Below, piece after piece: positions 23,598 through 33,741 of a stretch of 64,000 nucleotides of DNA; position 1 is the first letter of the stretch, and each line of letters starts with the position of its first letter. Both the position numbers and the translations under genes were made by a program. The stretch lies in the NCBI GenBank assembly GCA_963847445.1, contig CAWJZV010000007.1, positions 256,001 through 320,000 of the forward strand, written 5' to 3'. The stretch is from an uncultured delta proteobacterium (GTDB lineage: Bacteria > Desulfobacterota > Binatia > UBA9968). The notes below the pieces were generated by a model. That model did no database searches. It was not told the origin of the DNA and was given only the letters and a program-made list of their open reading frames with translations.

Positions 23598-24614
23598 CTA
23601 ACGCTTATTCACCTGTTCGATAAAGCCCGACGCCGAGATCTTCTGGACGATGGAATTGTCGTAAAACTCCTGCGGTTTCATCGACTTTGCTTTGGGACTC
23701 TTCGACACATCGAGCACCGCCTGCACTTCCGCCGCCGTCATCAGCGGCGTGACTGGAAACACATTGCGGTACTCATCATAAACCGACTCCAGCACTTCGC
23801 GGTCGGTGGATTTAAGAAAGCGCCCCATGGCTTTCACCGCGGCTTCCTTGTCGCGCCGAATAAGCGCCATGGATTCGATATAGGCGCGCAAAAAACGCGT
23901 CAACGCTTCGTTCTTTTCGCGCATGACCCTAGGCGACGACAACATGCCGGTAAAAAGAAAGGGTATCTTGAGGTCGGCGACATCGACCAGCATCTTGAGT
24001 CCAGCCGCCTTGGCCTTCAACGACATCGGCGCACCCAAGATGCCCGCGGCGGCGTTGCCGACATTCACCGAATTAAAAACGTTGGTCGTGTCCTGGGCGT
24101 AGAGGATGCGCACGTCCTTGTCCGGCTCCAGGCCGTTTTTCCGCAGGAGGATGCGCGAGGCATAGTCAGTTGACGCAGCCGGCTGTGTAGCGGCAAATAC
24201 TTTGCCCTTTAGGTCCGCAATCGTCTTAATCTCCGGCCGGGCGTACACTTGAAAAACAAACGTCGGCAAACCGCTGGCGATATAATTCAAGTCAGCCCCT
24301 TCGATCTTCGCGTCGATCCCCTGATTGCCGACAAAGCCCACTTCCTCGCCGCCGCCGACCATCGCTTGAACGGCGGAAGTCGCCGCTAAGTATTTCACAT
24401 CGACGTTGACGCCATGCCTGATGAACAGTCCGGCGTCCGCCGCCACCCAGATCGGCGCCATGACGCCGCTGATGGCGTTGTAAACCGCGCGCAAGGTGTG
24501 TTCCTGAGCTGATGCTCTGTTGCTGAAACCAACCGCGCCGGCAACCAGTGCTATCAAGATGAACCCTCTGATCGTTTTCAATGGCAAACTCCAAGGGATT
24601 TTGCCCGCCACCAT
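23598..24614 (-). CDS. NMT1/SsuA-like ABC substrate-binding protein
   Basis: APIWVAADAGLFIRHG, DLKGK, GLEPDKDVRI, FYDNSIV. Confidence 0.87.
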   Translation of the reverse strand: MVAGKIPWSLPLKTIRGFILIALVAGAVGFSNRASAQEHTLRAVYNAISGVMAPIWVAADAGLFIRHGVNVDVKYLAATSAVQAMVGGGEEVGFVGNQGIDAKIEGADLNYIASGLPTFVFQVYARPEIKTIADLKGKVFAATQPAASTDYASRILLRKNGLEPDKDVRILYAQDTTNVFNSVNVGNAAAGILGAPMSLKAKAAGLKMLVDVADLKIPFLFTGMLSSPRVMREKNEALTRFLRAYIESMALIRRDKEAAVKAMGRFLKSTDREVLESVYDEYRNVFPVTPLMTAAEVQAVLDVSKSPKAKSMKPQEFYDNSIVQKISASGFIEQVNKR

Positions 24615-24836
24615 ATCAACCGCGGAAAAATCTTTCTAGCTCAAAAATGAGTCAACTTGGTTCGAATCACGAATCACCCTCTGAGGCGCGGAGGAGTTCT
24701 GAGGAGTGATCATGTAACCAAGGCTCGGCTGATTGTGCCAATAATTTCTATGATATACTCGGAACAAGTGCCTCTCTATGTTTGATCTGCTGAGCTCGAT
24801 CGATGGGGCTGCTCCGAGATCCATCGCTGCCAATCT

Positions 24837-25757
24837 ATGCCGGATTATCTGACGCTTGCATTAGGGGCGGCCCTGGCCGCGGTTGGAGGTGAACTCTTTA
24901 TCCGCGGCGCCGTTGGCCTGGCCCATTGGGCCCGGGTTTCGCCTGGAATTATCGCCAGCACCGTGGTGGCGTTCGCTACCTCCAGCCCCGAGTTAGCTGT
25001 TTCGATCAGCTCCGCGCTGGCAGGAAAACCGCAGATCTCACTCGGCGACGCCTTAGGAAGTAACGTGGTGAACGTCGCACTCATACTCGCCTCTGCGGTC
25101 GCTATATCTGGTATTCAAACCCCGCGCTGGAGTCTGACCCGGGACTTTCCGGTGGCCCTGTTAATTCCAGTGATCACCCTGGTCTTGCTGTTAGATGGAG
25201 TGCTTTCTCGCATTGACGGTTGTTTGCTGATGGGAATGTTCACCGCTTGGTTAATCGCCGTCATCATCGACGCCCGCAAACAACGAAGCTCAGCCGACAA
25301 AATCCTCGGGGAGCAGCGCGGTATGCTTGCGGCAATCTTGAGCATCGCTGGCCTTGCCTGCCTAATCGCAGCCGGTCGTCTCGTCGTCAATGGAGCCAAA
25401 GGGATTGCTATTGCCTTCGGTCTCGACGAATTCACCATCGGCGCCACGGTGGTTGCGGTGGGAACTTCGCTCCCGGAATTAGCGACCACGATCATTGCCA
25501 AACTTCGTGGCCATGACGAAGTCGGCGTCGGCACCATACTCGGCAGCAACATTTTCAATGGTCTGTTAATCGTTGGCGTCGCAGCGATCATCCATCCCAT
25601 CGCCGTAGGTTGGCGGGAAGTCGCTGGCGTCCTAATCTTCGGTATGCTGGCTGTCGCGCTTACCTTCCCAAACGGTCGTGGTTTCATCGAGCGAAGGCGT
25701 GGCCCCTTAATGCTAGCGCTTTACGCCGCCTTTCTGATCACGGTCCTCCAGCGCTAA
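24837..25757 (+). CDS. Ca2+/Na+ antiporter (CaCA, YrbG-like)
   Basis: Two alpha repeats ATSSPELAVS...LGSNVVN and GTSLPELATT...LGSNIFN; extended -10 TGATATACT at 24751. Confidence 0.92.
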   Translation: MPDYLTLALGAALAAVGGELFIRGAVGLAHWARVSPGIIASTVVAFATSSPELAVSISSALAGKPQISLGDALGSNVVNVALILASAVAISGIQTPRWSLTRDFPVALLIPVITLVLLLDGVLSRIDGCLLMGMFTAWLIAVIIDARKQRSSADKILGEQRGMLAAILSIAGLACLIAAGRLVVNGAKGIAIAFGLDEFTIGATVVAVGTSLPELATTIIAKLRGHDEVGVGTILGSNIFNGLLIVGVAAIIHPIAVGWREVAGVLIFGMLAVALTFPNGRGFIERRRGPLMLALYAAFLITVLQR

Positions 25758-25817
25758 GCATCGTTAGCGCGCGACGCGAGCAGGGTGCGTCGTGGAACGC
25801 TGGATTTGCGCCGAAAT

Positions 25818-27579
25818 TTAACCGCGCCGGATCTCGCTGATGAGGTACCACCCCAGTAACAAAACGAACGAAGCGAGAGTGATCAGTAGAGGGAGGGCGA
25901 TGGGCGGGCGGTAACGGTCGGGATCGTAGCGTCCGTTCAGAACCGCCCTTTTCCGCGGCATTTTCAGGCCGAAAATAAGAATGGAGTCTTGGCCTCAACG
26001 CCATTGGGTTGGCGGCGAGTTTCGTTACTTGATCAACGCAGATTAACACCATGCTTTCGGCCGCCGCGAACAAATCGTTGACCGCATCGACGAACCAGCG
26101 GCGCAGTGACGGCGCCGGATGGCGGTAAAACCAATCGACATCGAGCGTGAGTGCCGTCTTAGCCGTCATCTGTGCTCGGAAAAACCAAACCGCCAAGGCA
26201 GTGAAGCCGAGCAACTCAACGGATTCCAACAGATGCGCCGCCGTGTACGGCTGGTAGGTGACGTTAAATGGCATCACGCCGTACAAGAGCCCCGGCCATA
26301 AGCCGAGCGTCAGATTAATCGCGCTGGCGAGCGCCATCGCGAGGTACATACCGCAGGGAATCGCATCGGTCTTAATCGGCCGCCGCGAACGGAACCAGGT
26401 AAAATAGGGCAGCTTCAAACCGACACTCCCAAAAGTTCCCACCGACGCGACGCTTAATAGTAATACCACCCAGCCGCGGTGCTCGAGTTCGGCGGCATGA
26501 ATGACTAGAGACTTACTGACGAACCCGCTGAGCAGTGGCAAACCGGAAATCGACAGCGCGCCAAACATATAGAAAACCAACACCCACCGCAGCGGACCGT
26601 TGAGACCGCCCAACTCGCTTAGCCGGCGCCGCCCGGTGGCCTGGATCACCGCGCCGGTGGCCATGAAAAGCAAGCCCTTGTAGAGAATATGCGCAAACGC
26701 ATGGGCGGTGGCGCCATTGAGCGCCGTTTCGGTGCCCAAGCCGATGCCGGCAATCATGTAACCGACTTGGCTGACGATATGATAGGAGAGAATGCGCCGG
26801 ATGTCGTTCTCGATCACCGCAAAGATCACGCCGTAGAGCGCCATGGCGGTGCCGGCGATGAGCAAAAGTTCAGCGCCGGGAAACGCGCGCGCCAAGACAT
26901 AAACCGCTGCTTTGGTGGTAAAGGCACTGAGAAAAACACTCCCGGTAGGCGTCGCTTCGGGATAGGAATCGGCGATCCAGGCGTGCAGCGGCGGGATTGC
27001 GGCGTTGACGGCAAAGCCCAGAAGAATCAGCCAACCGGCGCCGCTTACCGGCAGGGGCTCGAAGGAAAGCGACGCGGTGTCCTGGATGTGCCAAAGTATC
27101 CCCGCCAAGAGCACTGCGCCGCCGAACAGATGCATCAGCAGATAGCGCAGCGCAGCGCGCGTCGACAGCCCGGTACGAGCCGATAGAATCAGCCAGACTG
27201 AGGCCATCGCCATGATTTCCCAAAAGACATAGAGCGTCAGCCAGTCGCCGGCAAAAACTACTCCTAGGCCCGCGCCGGCGTAGAGCAACGCGGCAACCTG
27301 TTGGCCCAAATCGCGCACATGAAAACCGTAGATCGCGCCGAGAAAAGCCGCCAGTGTAAAAACGTAACCGAAGGCAAGACTCAAGCGGTCGACACGGCTG
27401 ATTATGAGTTCATAATTTAGCAACGGCCATGTCAGCACCGCGCTGGCCGAGAGTTGAGTGAGTAGCCCGAAGCCGAGCGCCGGCGCCAGGACGAAGAGCA
27501 CTGGCCGCAAGCGGCGCGGCAGAATGGGCAGCAGTAGAGCGCCGATCAAGAGCGGCGCGGCAGGCATGAGCTCAGTCAT
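25818..27579 (-). CDS. Mrp/Mnh Na+/H+ antiporter subunit D-like (third copy)
   Basis: FWEIMA, PPLHAWIADSYPEA, SAFTTK, ILSYHIVSQVGYM, HILYKGLLFM. C-terminal TM and stop at 25818 inferred after a frameshift. Confidence 0.88.
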
Positions 27580-27811
27580 CGCGCGTCTCCCCAGGGTGAT
27601 AATAGCGCTCGTCACGCTGCAACCAGTACTTCCCCAGTGCCTTGCTTAGAAATCCCAGGGCCAAGCAAACAAGAAATCCAAACAGGGCAAAAAACCCCGG
27701 CACATGGGCCCACCACGGCGCATCGGCGGGTGGCGTGCCGAGCGATAACCGTTCGACAGCCACCGCGAGAGCGAGCGCTATGGCCAAGACAATCAGCTGA
27801 CGCGTTTTCAT
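27572..27811 (-). CDS. Small Mrp-associated membrane protein
   Basis: Two TMs, PGFFALFGFLVC...LQRDERYY; translationally coupled within the operon. Confidence 0.75.
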   Translation of the reverse strand: MKTRQLIVLAIALALAVAVERLSLGTPPADAPWWAHVPGFFALFGFLVCLALGFLSKALGKYWLQRDERYYHPGETRDD

Positions 27812-29298
27812 TTAACTCCGCCCGCCAAGACGCTGGTGGTAGCGTCGCTCGCCAAAGTAAACCAATGAAAAACCGCGTCGGGAAAAACTCCCAGCGCGAG
27901 CGCTAACAGCGCGGTCGTCACCAACGGCACGATCATCAACGGCGAGGCCTCGGCAAACTTGGGAAACTGCTCAGAAGGAATAAAAAATGCTCGCACGACG
28001 ATCGGAAATAAATACGCCGCGTTGAGTAATCCGCTGAGCAGCAGGATCGCTAATAGCCACGGCTGGCCGGCCGCGAGCGTTCCTTGGGCCAAAAACCATT
28101 TGCTGACGAAACCGCCGAGCGGCGGCACGCCAGCGAGACCTAACGATGCCAAACCGAAGGCGCCCATGGTGATCGGCATCTGCCGGCCGATGCCGTCCAG
28201 CTCGTCGATATTCTCCAAGTGCGTCTTGGCGTAGATCGCACCAGCGCAGAAAAACAGCGTGATCTTCATCGCCGCGTGGGTGATGATATGAAACAGGGCG
28301 CCAAGCCAAGCCTCCGGGGTGACCAGAGCGAGACCCAGGACAATGTATGAGAGGTGACCGACCGTGGAATAAGCCAGCCGGCGCTTCAAATTGTTCTGGG
28401 CCATGGCGAGCAGCGATGCAAGAACAATTGTTAGCCCCGCCAGTGTGGCGAGGATATTGACCGCGCCTATCTCTCGCAGCAAATCACCGCCAAAGACAAA
28501 CCCGACCACCCGCGCTAAGCCAAACACCCCGGCTTTGACCACCGCCACCGCGTGCAACAACGCGCTCACCGGCGTCGGCGCCACCATCGCTGACGGCAAC
28601 CAGCCATGCAGCGGCATCAAGCCGGCTTTGACCCCGACACCGACGACGAATAAAAAAAACAGCAGGCCAAGCGTCATCGGCGCGCTCGCCGCCGGTAGCA
28701 TGCCGCCGGCTTTGAAGTCTAGCGACGGCGCCAAACTGTGAGTCCAGGCCACGGCTAGAAGCAACGCGCCGCCGCCGCTCAGCAGATAGGCGAGATATTT
28801 ACGCCCCGCCGCTAATGCTTCGGCGCTACCCTTGTGCACCACCAGCGGATACGTGGCGATGGTCAACACTTCGTAGAAGATCAGAAAGGTCAGCAAATTA
28901 GCCGCGAAGGCGAGACCGATGGTCGCTGACAGGCAAATCGCGAAACTCGCGTAGTAACGAGTCTGATGGGATTCGGCCAGAGTGCGCATGTAACCGATCG
29001 AATAAATCGATGTGACAATCCACAACAGCGACGCCGATAACGCGAAGCTCAAGCCCAAAGAATCGACCCCCAAGGCGAACCCAACGCCTGGGGCGATTTC
29101 GAAGAGCGTAATGTGCGGATAATGACCGCCATTCACATCGGCAAGCAGGGAAAACACGATGGCGAATTTGCTGACTGCGGCGATCAGCGTGCAGCTCTCG
29201 CGCACATTGGGCCGACGCCCGAAAGCCACGATCAATATCGCTGCCAGGAGTGAAACCAGCACTGCGAGCAGCGGCCGTAATGTCCATTCAGGCGTCAT
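27808..29298 (-). CDS. Mrp/Mnh antiporter subunit D-like (second copy)
   Basis: FYEVLT, MPLHGWLPSAMVAPTPVSALLHAVAVVKAG, LKRRLAYST. Confidence 0.9.
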   Translation of the reverse strand: MTPEWTLRPLLAVLVSLLAAILIVAFGRRPNVRESCTLIAAVSKFAIVFSLLADVNGGHYPHITLFEIAPGVGFALGVDSLGLSFALSASLLWIVTSIYSIGYMRTLAESHQTRYYASFAICLSATIGLAFAANLLTFLIFYEVLTIATYPLVVHKGSAEALAAGRKYLAYLLSGGGALLLAVAWTHSLAPSLDFKAGGMLPAASAPMTLGLLFFLFVVGVGVKAGLMPLHGWLPSAMVAPTPVSALLHAVAVVKAGVFGLARVVGFVFGGDLLREIGAVNILATLAGLTIVLASLLAMAQNNLKRRLAYSTVGHLSYIVLGLALVTPEAWLGALFHIITHAAMKITLFFCAGAIYAKTHLENIDELDGIGRQMPITMGAFGLASLGLAGVPPLGGFVSKWFLAQGTLAAGQPWLLAILLLSGLLNAAYLFPIVVRAFFIPSEQFPKFAEASPLMIVPLVTTALLALALGVFPDAVFHWFTLASDATTSVLAGGVK

Positions 29299-29318
29299 AT
29301 GCGATCGAACTCGAGCCG

Positions 29319-30794
29319 TTAACGTCCGTAAAAACTTTTGGCGATGGGCATCAATAATTGCGTGACGATCGCCGAGTTGGCTAAACCCAGAACGATCACT
29401 GCCGCCGCCGTGATTAAAGTCGGCGCCAACATGGCCGGCGGCGCCTCGGCGCCAAAACTTGCCTCAGGAACCGTCGTTGTTTTAGCGTAAATATTTTCCA
29501 ACACGCGAAAAAAATACACCGCGTTGAGCAGACTGCTGAGCAAAATAACTATCACGAACCACGGGTTGGCCAGTTCTAGCGCGCCGAGCATGAGATACCA
29601 TTTGCTAAAAAAGCCCGCCGCCGGCGGGATGCCGATCATCGACAGCGCCGCGACCACAAACGCCGCCATGCTCCACGGCATGGTTCGTCCGAGTCCGGTC
29701 AAATTAGCAATTTGCACCTGCCCGGTGCGCAGGCGAATCGTGCCGGCGACAAAGAACAAACAGGCTTTCATCGCCGCGTGATTGACCACATGGAGCAACG
29801 CACCGATGAGTCCCAAGCTATTGCCCATACCGAGCCCAAGCCCGACGTAGGCGATCTGGCTGACACTGCTGTAGGCGAGCATGCGGCGCAGGTCGCTTTG
29901 GGCGATGGCCATCACCGAGCCGTAAATAATCCCCGCGGCCGCGAGCCAAGAAATGACCGGCAACAGAGCGATGCGATCGAAGCCAAAACTCGGTTGAAAC
30001 ACCCCAAGGAAAATCCGCACCATGACGTAAGCAGCGACCTTGGTTGCCACCGGGGGGATCAGCCCGGCCACGGCCGAAGGCGCATAGGTGTAAGCGTCTG
30101 GCAGCCATAGATGAAACGGGAATAGCGCCATCTTGAGCGCTAACGCCAGCGCGATCAAGATCGCCGCGGCGACCACCGCGCGGGACTGGTAAAGCGGCGC
30201 CAGCCGCTGCGCAACGTCCGCCATGTTCAAAGAGCCGGTGACGAAATAGATAAAGCCAACCCCAAGAACATAAAAACTGCCGGCCAGGCTGCCAAGAATC
30301 AGATAGCGCAGCGCCGCCACCGGTGCTTGCTTGGCGCCGATGGCGACCAAAGCGTAAGCCGATAAAGATGCGATTTCGAGAAAAACAAACAGATTAAATA
30401 AATCCCCGGTGACGATCATGCCGCAGAGACCGGCGAGGAATAACAGAGCGAGGGCGTGGGCGGTGACAAAGCGGTCGGGTACCTCATGGCGCAGCGCCGG
30501 GCTAAAATAAACCAGCGAGAGGAGCCCCGACACCGTTACGACCAAGGCCATGAACGCCGCCAGCGGATCGAGGACATATTCAATCCCTAGCGGCGGCGCC
30601 CAACTGCCCAGGTGGTAGCGTAGCGTGCCTTGATGGACAACCGTCCACATTCCCCAGACCGACGCGGCGGCGGCCAGGCCAACGCCGAGCAAGGCCACGG
30701 CTGGCACAAGCCCTTTGTGCAGCAAGCCGGCCAACGGCACGATGAAGGCGGCGAATAGCAGAGGCAACGGAATCAAAACCGCAAGATGATTCAC
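29319..30794 (-). CDS. mrpD: Mrp/Mnh antiporter subunit D
   Basis: GSWAPPLGIE, TGDLFNLFVFLEI, FPFHLWLPDAY, RMLAYSSVSQ. Confidence 0.92.
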   Translation of the reverse strand: MNHLAVLIPLPLLFAAFIVPLAGLLHKGLVPAVALLGVGLAAAASVWGMWTVVHQGTLRYHLGSWAPPLGIEYVLDPLAAFMALVVTVSGLLSLVYFSPALRHEVPDRFVTAHALALLFLAGLCGMIVTGDLFNLFVFLEIASLSAYALVAIGAKQAPVAALRYLILGSLAGSFYVLGVGFIYFVTGSLNMADVAQRLAPLYQSRAVVAAAILIALALALKMALFPFHLWLPDAYTYAPSAVAGLIPPVATKVAAYVMVRIFLGVFQPSFGFDRIALLPVISWLAAAGIIYGSVMAIAQSDLRRMLAYSSVSQIAYVGLGLGMGNSLGLIGALLHVVNHAAMKACLFFVAGTIRLRTGQVQIANLTGLGRTMPWSMAAFVVAALSMIGIPPAAGFFSKWYLMLGALELANPWFVIVILLSSLLNAVYFFRVLENIYAKTTTVPEASFGAEAPPAMLAPTLITAAAVIVLGLANSAIVTQLLMPIAKSFYGR

Positions 30795-31159
30795 GATCCG
30801 CGCTTCATCCTATCCAGCAACACGGCTTCATCGAGCGTGCCATAGCGGCGGTAGATCGCGATGGTCAACGCCAGCGCAACGCCAGTCGTGGCGACACTGA
30901 CAACGATGGCGGTGAGGATCAACACATGCGGCAGGGGATTAATATATTGCGCCGCAGTTATCCAACGCGCATCCCAAACCGGCACCGTCGCTCCTGGCTG
31001 GATCGCGCCATGAATATAGAAAAGAAAAATCGCCGTCTGAAAAATGCTTAGACCGATGAGCTTCTTGATCAAGTTGCGCTTGGCGATCACGCCGTACAGA
31101 CCGATCACCAGCAAAAGCGACGTCACGAGATAAGTGAAGTTGCCGAAAAGAGCCATCAA
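30791..31159 (-). CDS. mrpC: Mrp/Mnh antiporter subunit C
   Basis: KRNLIKKLIGL...NPLPHVLILTAIVV. Confidence 0.92.
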   Translation of the reverse strand: MMALFGNFTYLVTSLLLVIGLYGVIAKRNLIKKLIGLSIFQTAIFLFYIHGAIQPGATVPVWDARWITAAQYINPLPHVLILTAIVVSVATTGVALALTIAIYRRYGTLDEAVLLDRMKRGS

Positions 31160-31161
31160 AT

Positions 31162-31596
31162 TTACGCTTCGTTGCCAATCAGGTAGTCAAATATAATCAC
31201 CAGCGTGCCCCACACCACCAAGCCCACGCCGGATTCGACGATGAGAATACCCAAGGCGCGCCGATCGGCGCCATCCATGCCGGGAATCGGCAGCTTGGCA
31301 TAGTCAAGAAACGCGCCGCCGAAAAATAGCGGCAACAGCCCGGCGCCGAAGTATATCAAGATGCCGATGCTGGCCAACACAGATGCTGTCTTCGGCGAAA
31401 AAAACCGGTGTTCCTCTTCCTCGCCTAGTGTCAGCCGCAGGAGCATCAACGCCGCCGCCAAGATCACGCCGCCCTGGAAGCCGCCGCCGGGGCCATAGTG
31501 TCCGTGGCTAATGACATACAAAGCAAAGAGCTGAACGAACGGCACGATCAGCCGGGCAACGCCGTCGACGATGGTGTTATGATAGCGCTCCCTCAT
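31162..31596 (-). CDS. mrpB: Mrp/Mnh antiporter subunit B (MnhB domain)
   Basis: GHYGPGGGFQGG motif. Confidence 0.9.
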   Translation of the reverse strand: MRERYHNTIVDGVARLIVPFVQLFALYVISHGHYGPGGGFQGGVILAAALMLLRLTLGEEEEHRFFSPKTASVLASIGILIYFGAGLLPLFFGGAFLDYAKLPIPGMDGADRRALGILIVESGVGLVVWGTLVIIFDYLIGNEA

Positions 31597-31880
31597 GATT
31601 GTTTTCGCCGGCGCGTGGCCCGCGGCAGGATCAGCATTACGGCCAACCCCGCGGTGAGAATCACCGCGGTTTCGCCCAAGGTGTCGTAACCGCGGTAGTC
31701 AGCCAGCACTGCGGTGACGATGTTCGGCGTGTGGGTCTGGGGCACGGCTCCGTCGATATACTGCGGCGTGATATGGCGCCGGGTCGGCGCCGCGGGATCG
31801 CCCGGGGGCGGCAGATCGCTTTCGGCGTAGACAAACAAAGCGAAGAATGCGCCTAAGATGATTCGAGTCAAGAACTTCAA
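31593..31880 (-). CDS. Mrp subunit, MbhE-like (MrpA C-terminal segment)
   Basis: NIVTAVLADYRGYDTLGE motif. Confidence 0.88.
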   Translation of the reverse strand: MKFLTRIILGAFFALFVYAESDLPPPGDPAAPTRRHITPQYIDGAVPQTHTPNIVTAVLADYRGYDTLGETAVILTAGLAVMLILPRATRRRKQS

Positions 31881-32122
31881 TCTTCCGATCTCCGTCCCGT
31901 GATGAACAAGGCGACGACAAACAGGACGCCGCTAACGCCTGCGCCCAAGGTCGCCTCGGTAAAAGCGACATCGACGGCGCCCATGGAGGCGAACAAAAGA
32001 GCCATGACAAAACTATAGGCGCCAAGAATCACCACAGCGCCCAGCAAATCGCGCACCGACAACGCCGCGACGGCGAGAAACACCAGCACCAAAAGCAACC
32101 ACGACTCGACTTGCCAAATCAT
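31877..32122 (-). CDS. Mrp subunit, DUF4040/MbhD-like
   Basis: RDLLGAVV...GAVDVAFTEATLGAG. Confidence 0.88.
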   Translation of the reverse strand: MIWQVESWLLLVLVFLAVAALSVRDLLGAVVILGAYSFVMALLFASMGAVDVAFTEATLGAGVSGVLFVVALFITGRRSED

Positions 32123-32427
32123 CGCGGCGTCCCGTCGTGGTTTTTCCAAATAGCCACTCCCGAGCGAAACGCGGCGCGCATGAGCGCGTGGGTCGCCGTC
32201 GGGTTGGTAATGAAAATAATAGCTAGGATCAAGAGAATCTTAACACTGGTCAAGTCCGAGCCATTATGCACCGCCAGTCCCCCGAGCACGAGCATACTCC
32301 CCAAAGTTTCGGCTTTGCCCACCGCATGGGCGCGGGTATAGAAATCCGGCAAACGCAATAAGCCCAGGCAGCTTATCGCCAGAAATACACCGCCAATGAC
32401 CATCAGCGTCACCGCCAGCCAGTTCAT
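32119..32427 (-). CDS. mrpG: Mrp/Mnh antiporter subunit G
   Basis: GLLRLPDFYTRAHA...TNPTATHAL. Confidence 0.92.
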   Translation of the reverse strand: MNWLAVTLMVIGGVFLAISCLGLLRLPDFYTRAHAVGKAETLGSMLVLGGLAVHNGSDLTSVKILLILAIIFITNPTATHALMRAAFRSGVAIWKNHDGTPR

Positions 32428-32696
32428 GGGTTACCCTCGCGGTTATGCTCGAAATATTTCGCCAGGGCAACGACCCCAATAAAATTTAATAACGCGTAAG
32501 TAAGGGCCAGATCGACGAACATATCCACGCGCTGGTACAAGACGCCAATCAGCACCAGCAACAACACCGCGTTGGTGCCGATCAAACCCGCGCCGATTAT
32601 CCGGTCGAACACTGTTGGGCCAGCGGCGATACGGTACAAGCTGGCGCCGAACAGAAGCGCCACGAAGAGCGCGAAGCCAATGAAGAATTTATCCAT
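32424..32696 (-). CDS. mrpF: Mrp/Mnh antiporter subunit F
   Basis: YRIAAGPTVFDRI...DLALTYALLNFIG. Confidence 0.92.
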   Translation of the reverse strand: MDKFFIGFALFVALLFGASLYRIAAGPTVFDRIIGAGLIGTNAVLLLVLIGVLYQRVDMFVDLALTYALLNFIGVVALAKYFEHNREGNP

Positions 32697-32700
32697 GACA

Positions 32701-33240
32701 TCAGCCTCCGGGCCGATCGATCCAGCGAACATCGGTCTCAGCCTCTTCGCGTTCGCCGAAAATCCGTTCTAACTTACTTTGCATCTTGGCGTCGAGTAAA
32801 CTTTGAGCCGCTCCCGGCATCAAGGCGTGTACCGAGTAAACACCGTCGTCGAAATCCACGGTGATCGTACCCGGAGTAAGTGTAATCGAATTGGCCAAAA
32901 TGATATGGCCGGTGCGATTGCGCAGCTTAGTGCGTAACAACAGCAAGCCGGGTTGTATCGGCATTTTCGGCTGGAGCACGATGTAGGCGACTTCCAGAGT
33001 GGACTGCACGATGCTCCACAAAAGCCAGAAAAAATACAAGACGAAGCGGCCCATGCCGGCAATTATCGAGTGCGGTTCGACCCTTGCCGCCGCTGCGGCG
33101 CCGTCCACGCGCATGAGGTCGCGCGTCAAAAACGATATCGTCGCCGCGCAAACCGCGCCGATGATTAGGTATTTGGCTTGAAAACGCCCCGACAGAACGA
33201 TCCAGAATCCGTACAGTGCGGCAAATCGCAAAATGTGCAT
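32701..33240 (-). CDS. mrpE: Mrp/Mnh antiporter subunit E
   Basis: FWIVLSG...ANSITLTPGTITVD...VHAL. Confidence 0.92.
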   Translation of the reverse strand: MHILRFAALYGFWIVLSGRFQAKYLIIGAVCAATISFLTRDLMRVDGAAAAARVEPHSIIAGMGRFVLYFFWLLWSIVQSTLEVAYIVLQPKMPIQPGLLLLRTKLRNRTGHIILANSITLTPGTITVDFDDGVYSVHALMPGAAQSLLDAKMQSKLERIFGEREEAETDVRWIDRPGG

Positions 33241-33259
33241 CTTCGTGAGGCTCAATCTC

Positions 33260-33299
33260 GCTGGCCTGATCGATGACCTGCACCCATCGACCGCACAGC
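33260..33299 (-). ncRNA. Candidate Na+-sensing (DUF1646-like) riboswitch aptamer
   Basis: Minus strand GCTG-TGC-GGTCGAT-GGGTGCAGGTC-ATCGATC-AGGC-CAGC gives two nested stems with a G-rich loop, 20 nt before the mrpE start. Family assignment rests on recalled consensus and gene context only. Confidence 0.5.
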
Positions 33300-33505
33300 A
33301 CCATCATGATGAAGTTCAACTTAGGCTGCAGCAATCGCACCGCATATTCAAGTCGGGAAAGTGCGCGGATTCGTCCGGCGCAGATTCTACCGCGACATCG
33401 TCAAGACCAATATAAAATTCCTTGGTGGTAGCAAAACATTTCTCATCTTGATCAGCGGAATCATGCGCGACAGACTCTTCGCCACGCCGCCGCCAATTGT
33501 TCGCT

Positions 33506-33522
33506 AGCACTCTACAGGCCAA
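33506..33522 (-). promoter_or_regulatory. Putative sigma-54 (-24/-12) promoter of the mrp operon
   Basis: TTGGCCTGTAGAGTGCT = GG-N10-GC. Confidence 0.45.
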
Positions 33523-33741
33523 CACGACGAATTCAATATCGTAAAAACGTGATCCGCTGGAGCAGACCGCCGGAGTGGCATGTTGCAGCGCAACGGGGAG
33601 CGAGAGCGATGGTCGCCAATCCTTGAAATGCGCACGCCGGTGGGACCATTTGCGCGAACCGTCATCGCTCGGGCGATAGCTGTCTGGCGAACCACCCTAT
33701 ACCAGGGTTGGTTCGAGGTAGGTGAAGAATTGACAGGGTGG

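Noticed and set aside
24790-24832. Hairpin CGATGG...CCATCG upstream of the CaCA antiporter as a yybP-ykoY or fluoride riboswitch
   Set aside because: Lacks the conserved motifs of either family as I recall them; only a 6-bp stem.
25738-25817. ORF-track extension of MrpD3 overlapping the CaCA gene end
   Set aside because: A frameshift restores a hydrophobic C-terminal helix ending at 25818, which removes the overlap.
25818-33240. Complex I (nuoLMN) or membrane-bound hydrogenase operon
   Set aside because: No redox, Fe-S or NiFe subunits are present, while MrpE/F/G/B/C motifs are.
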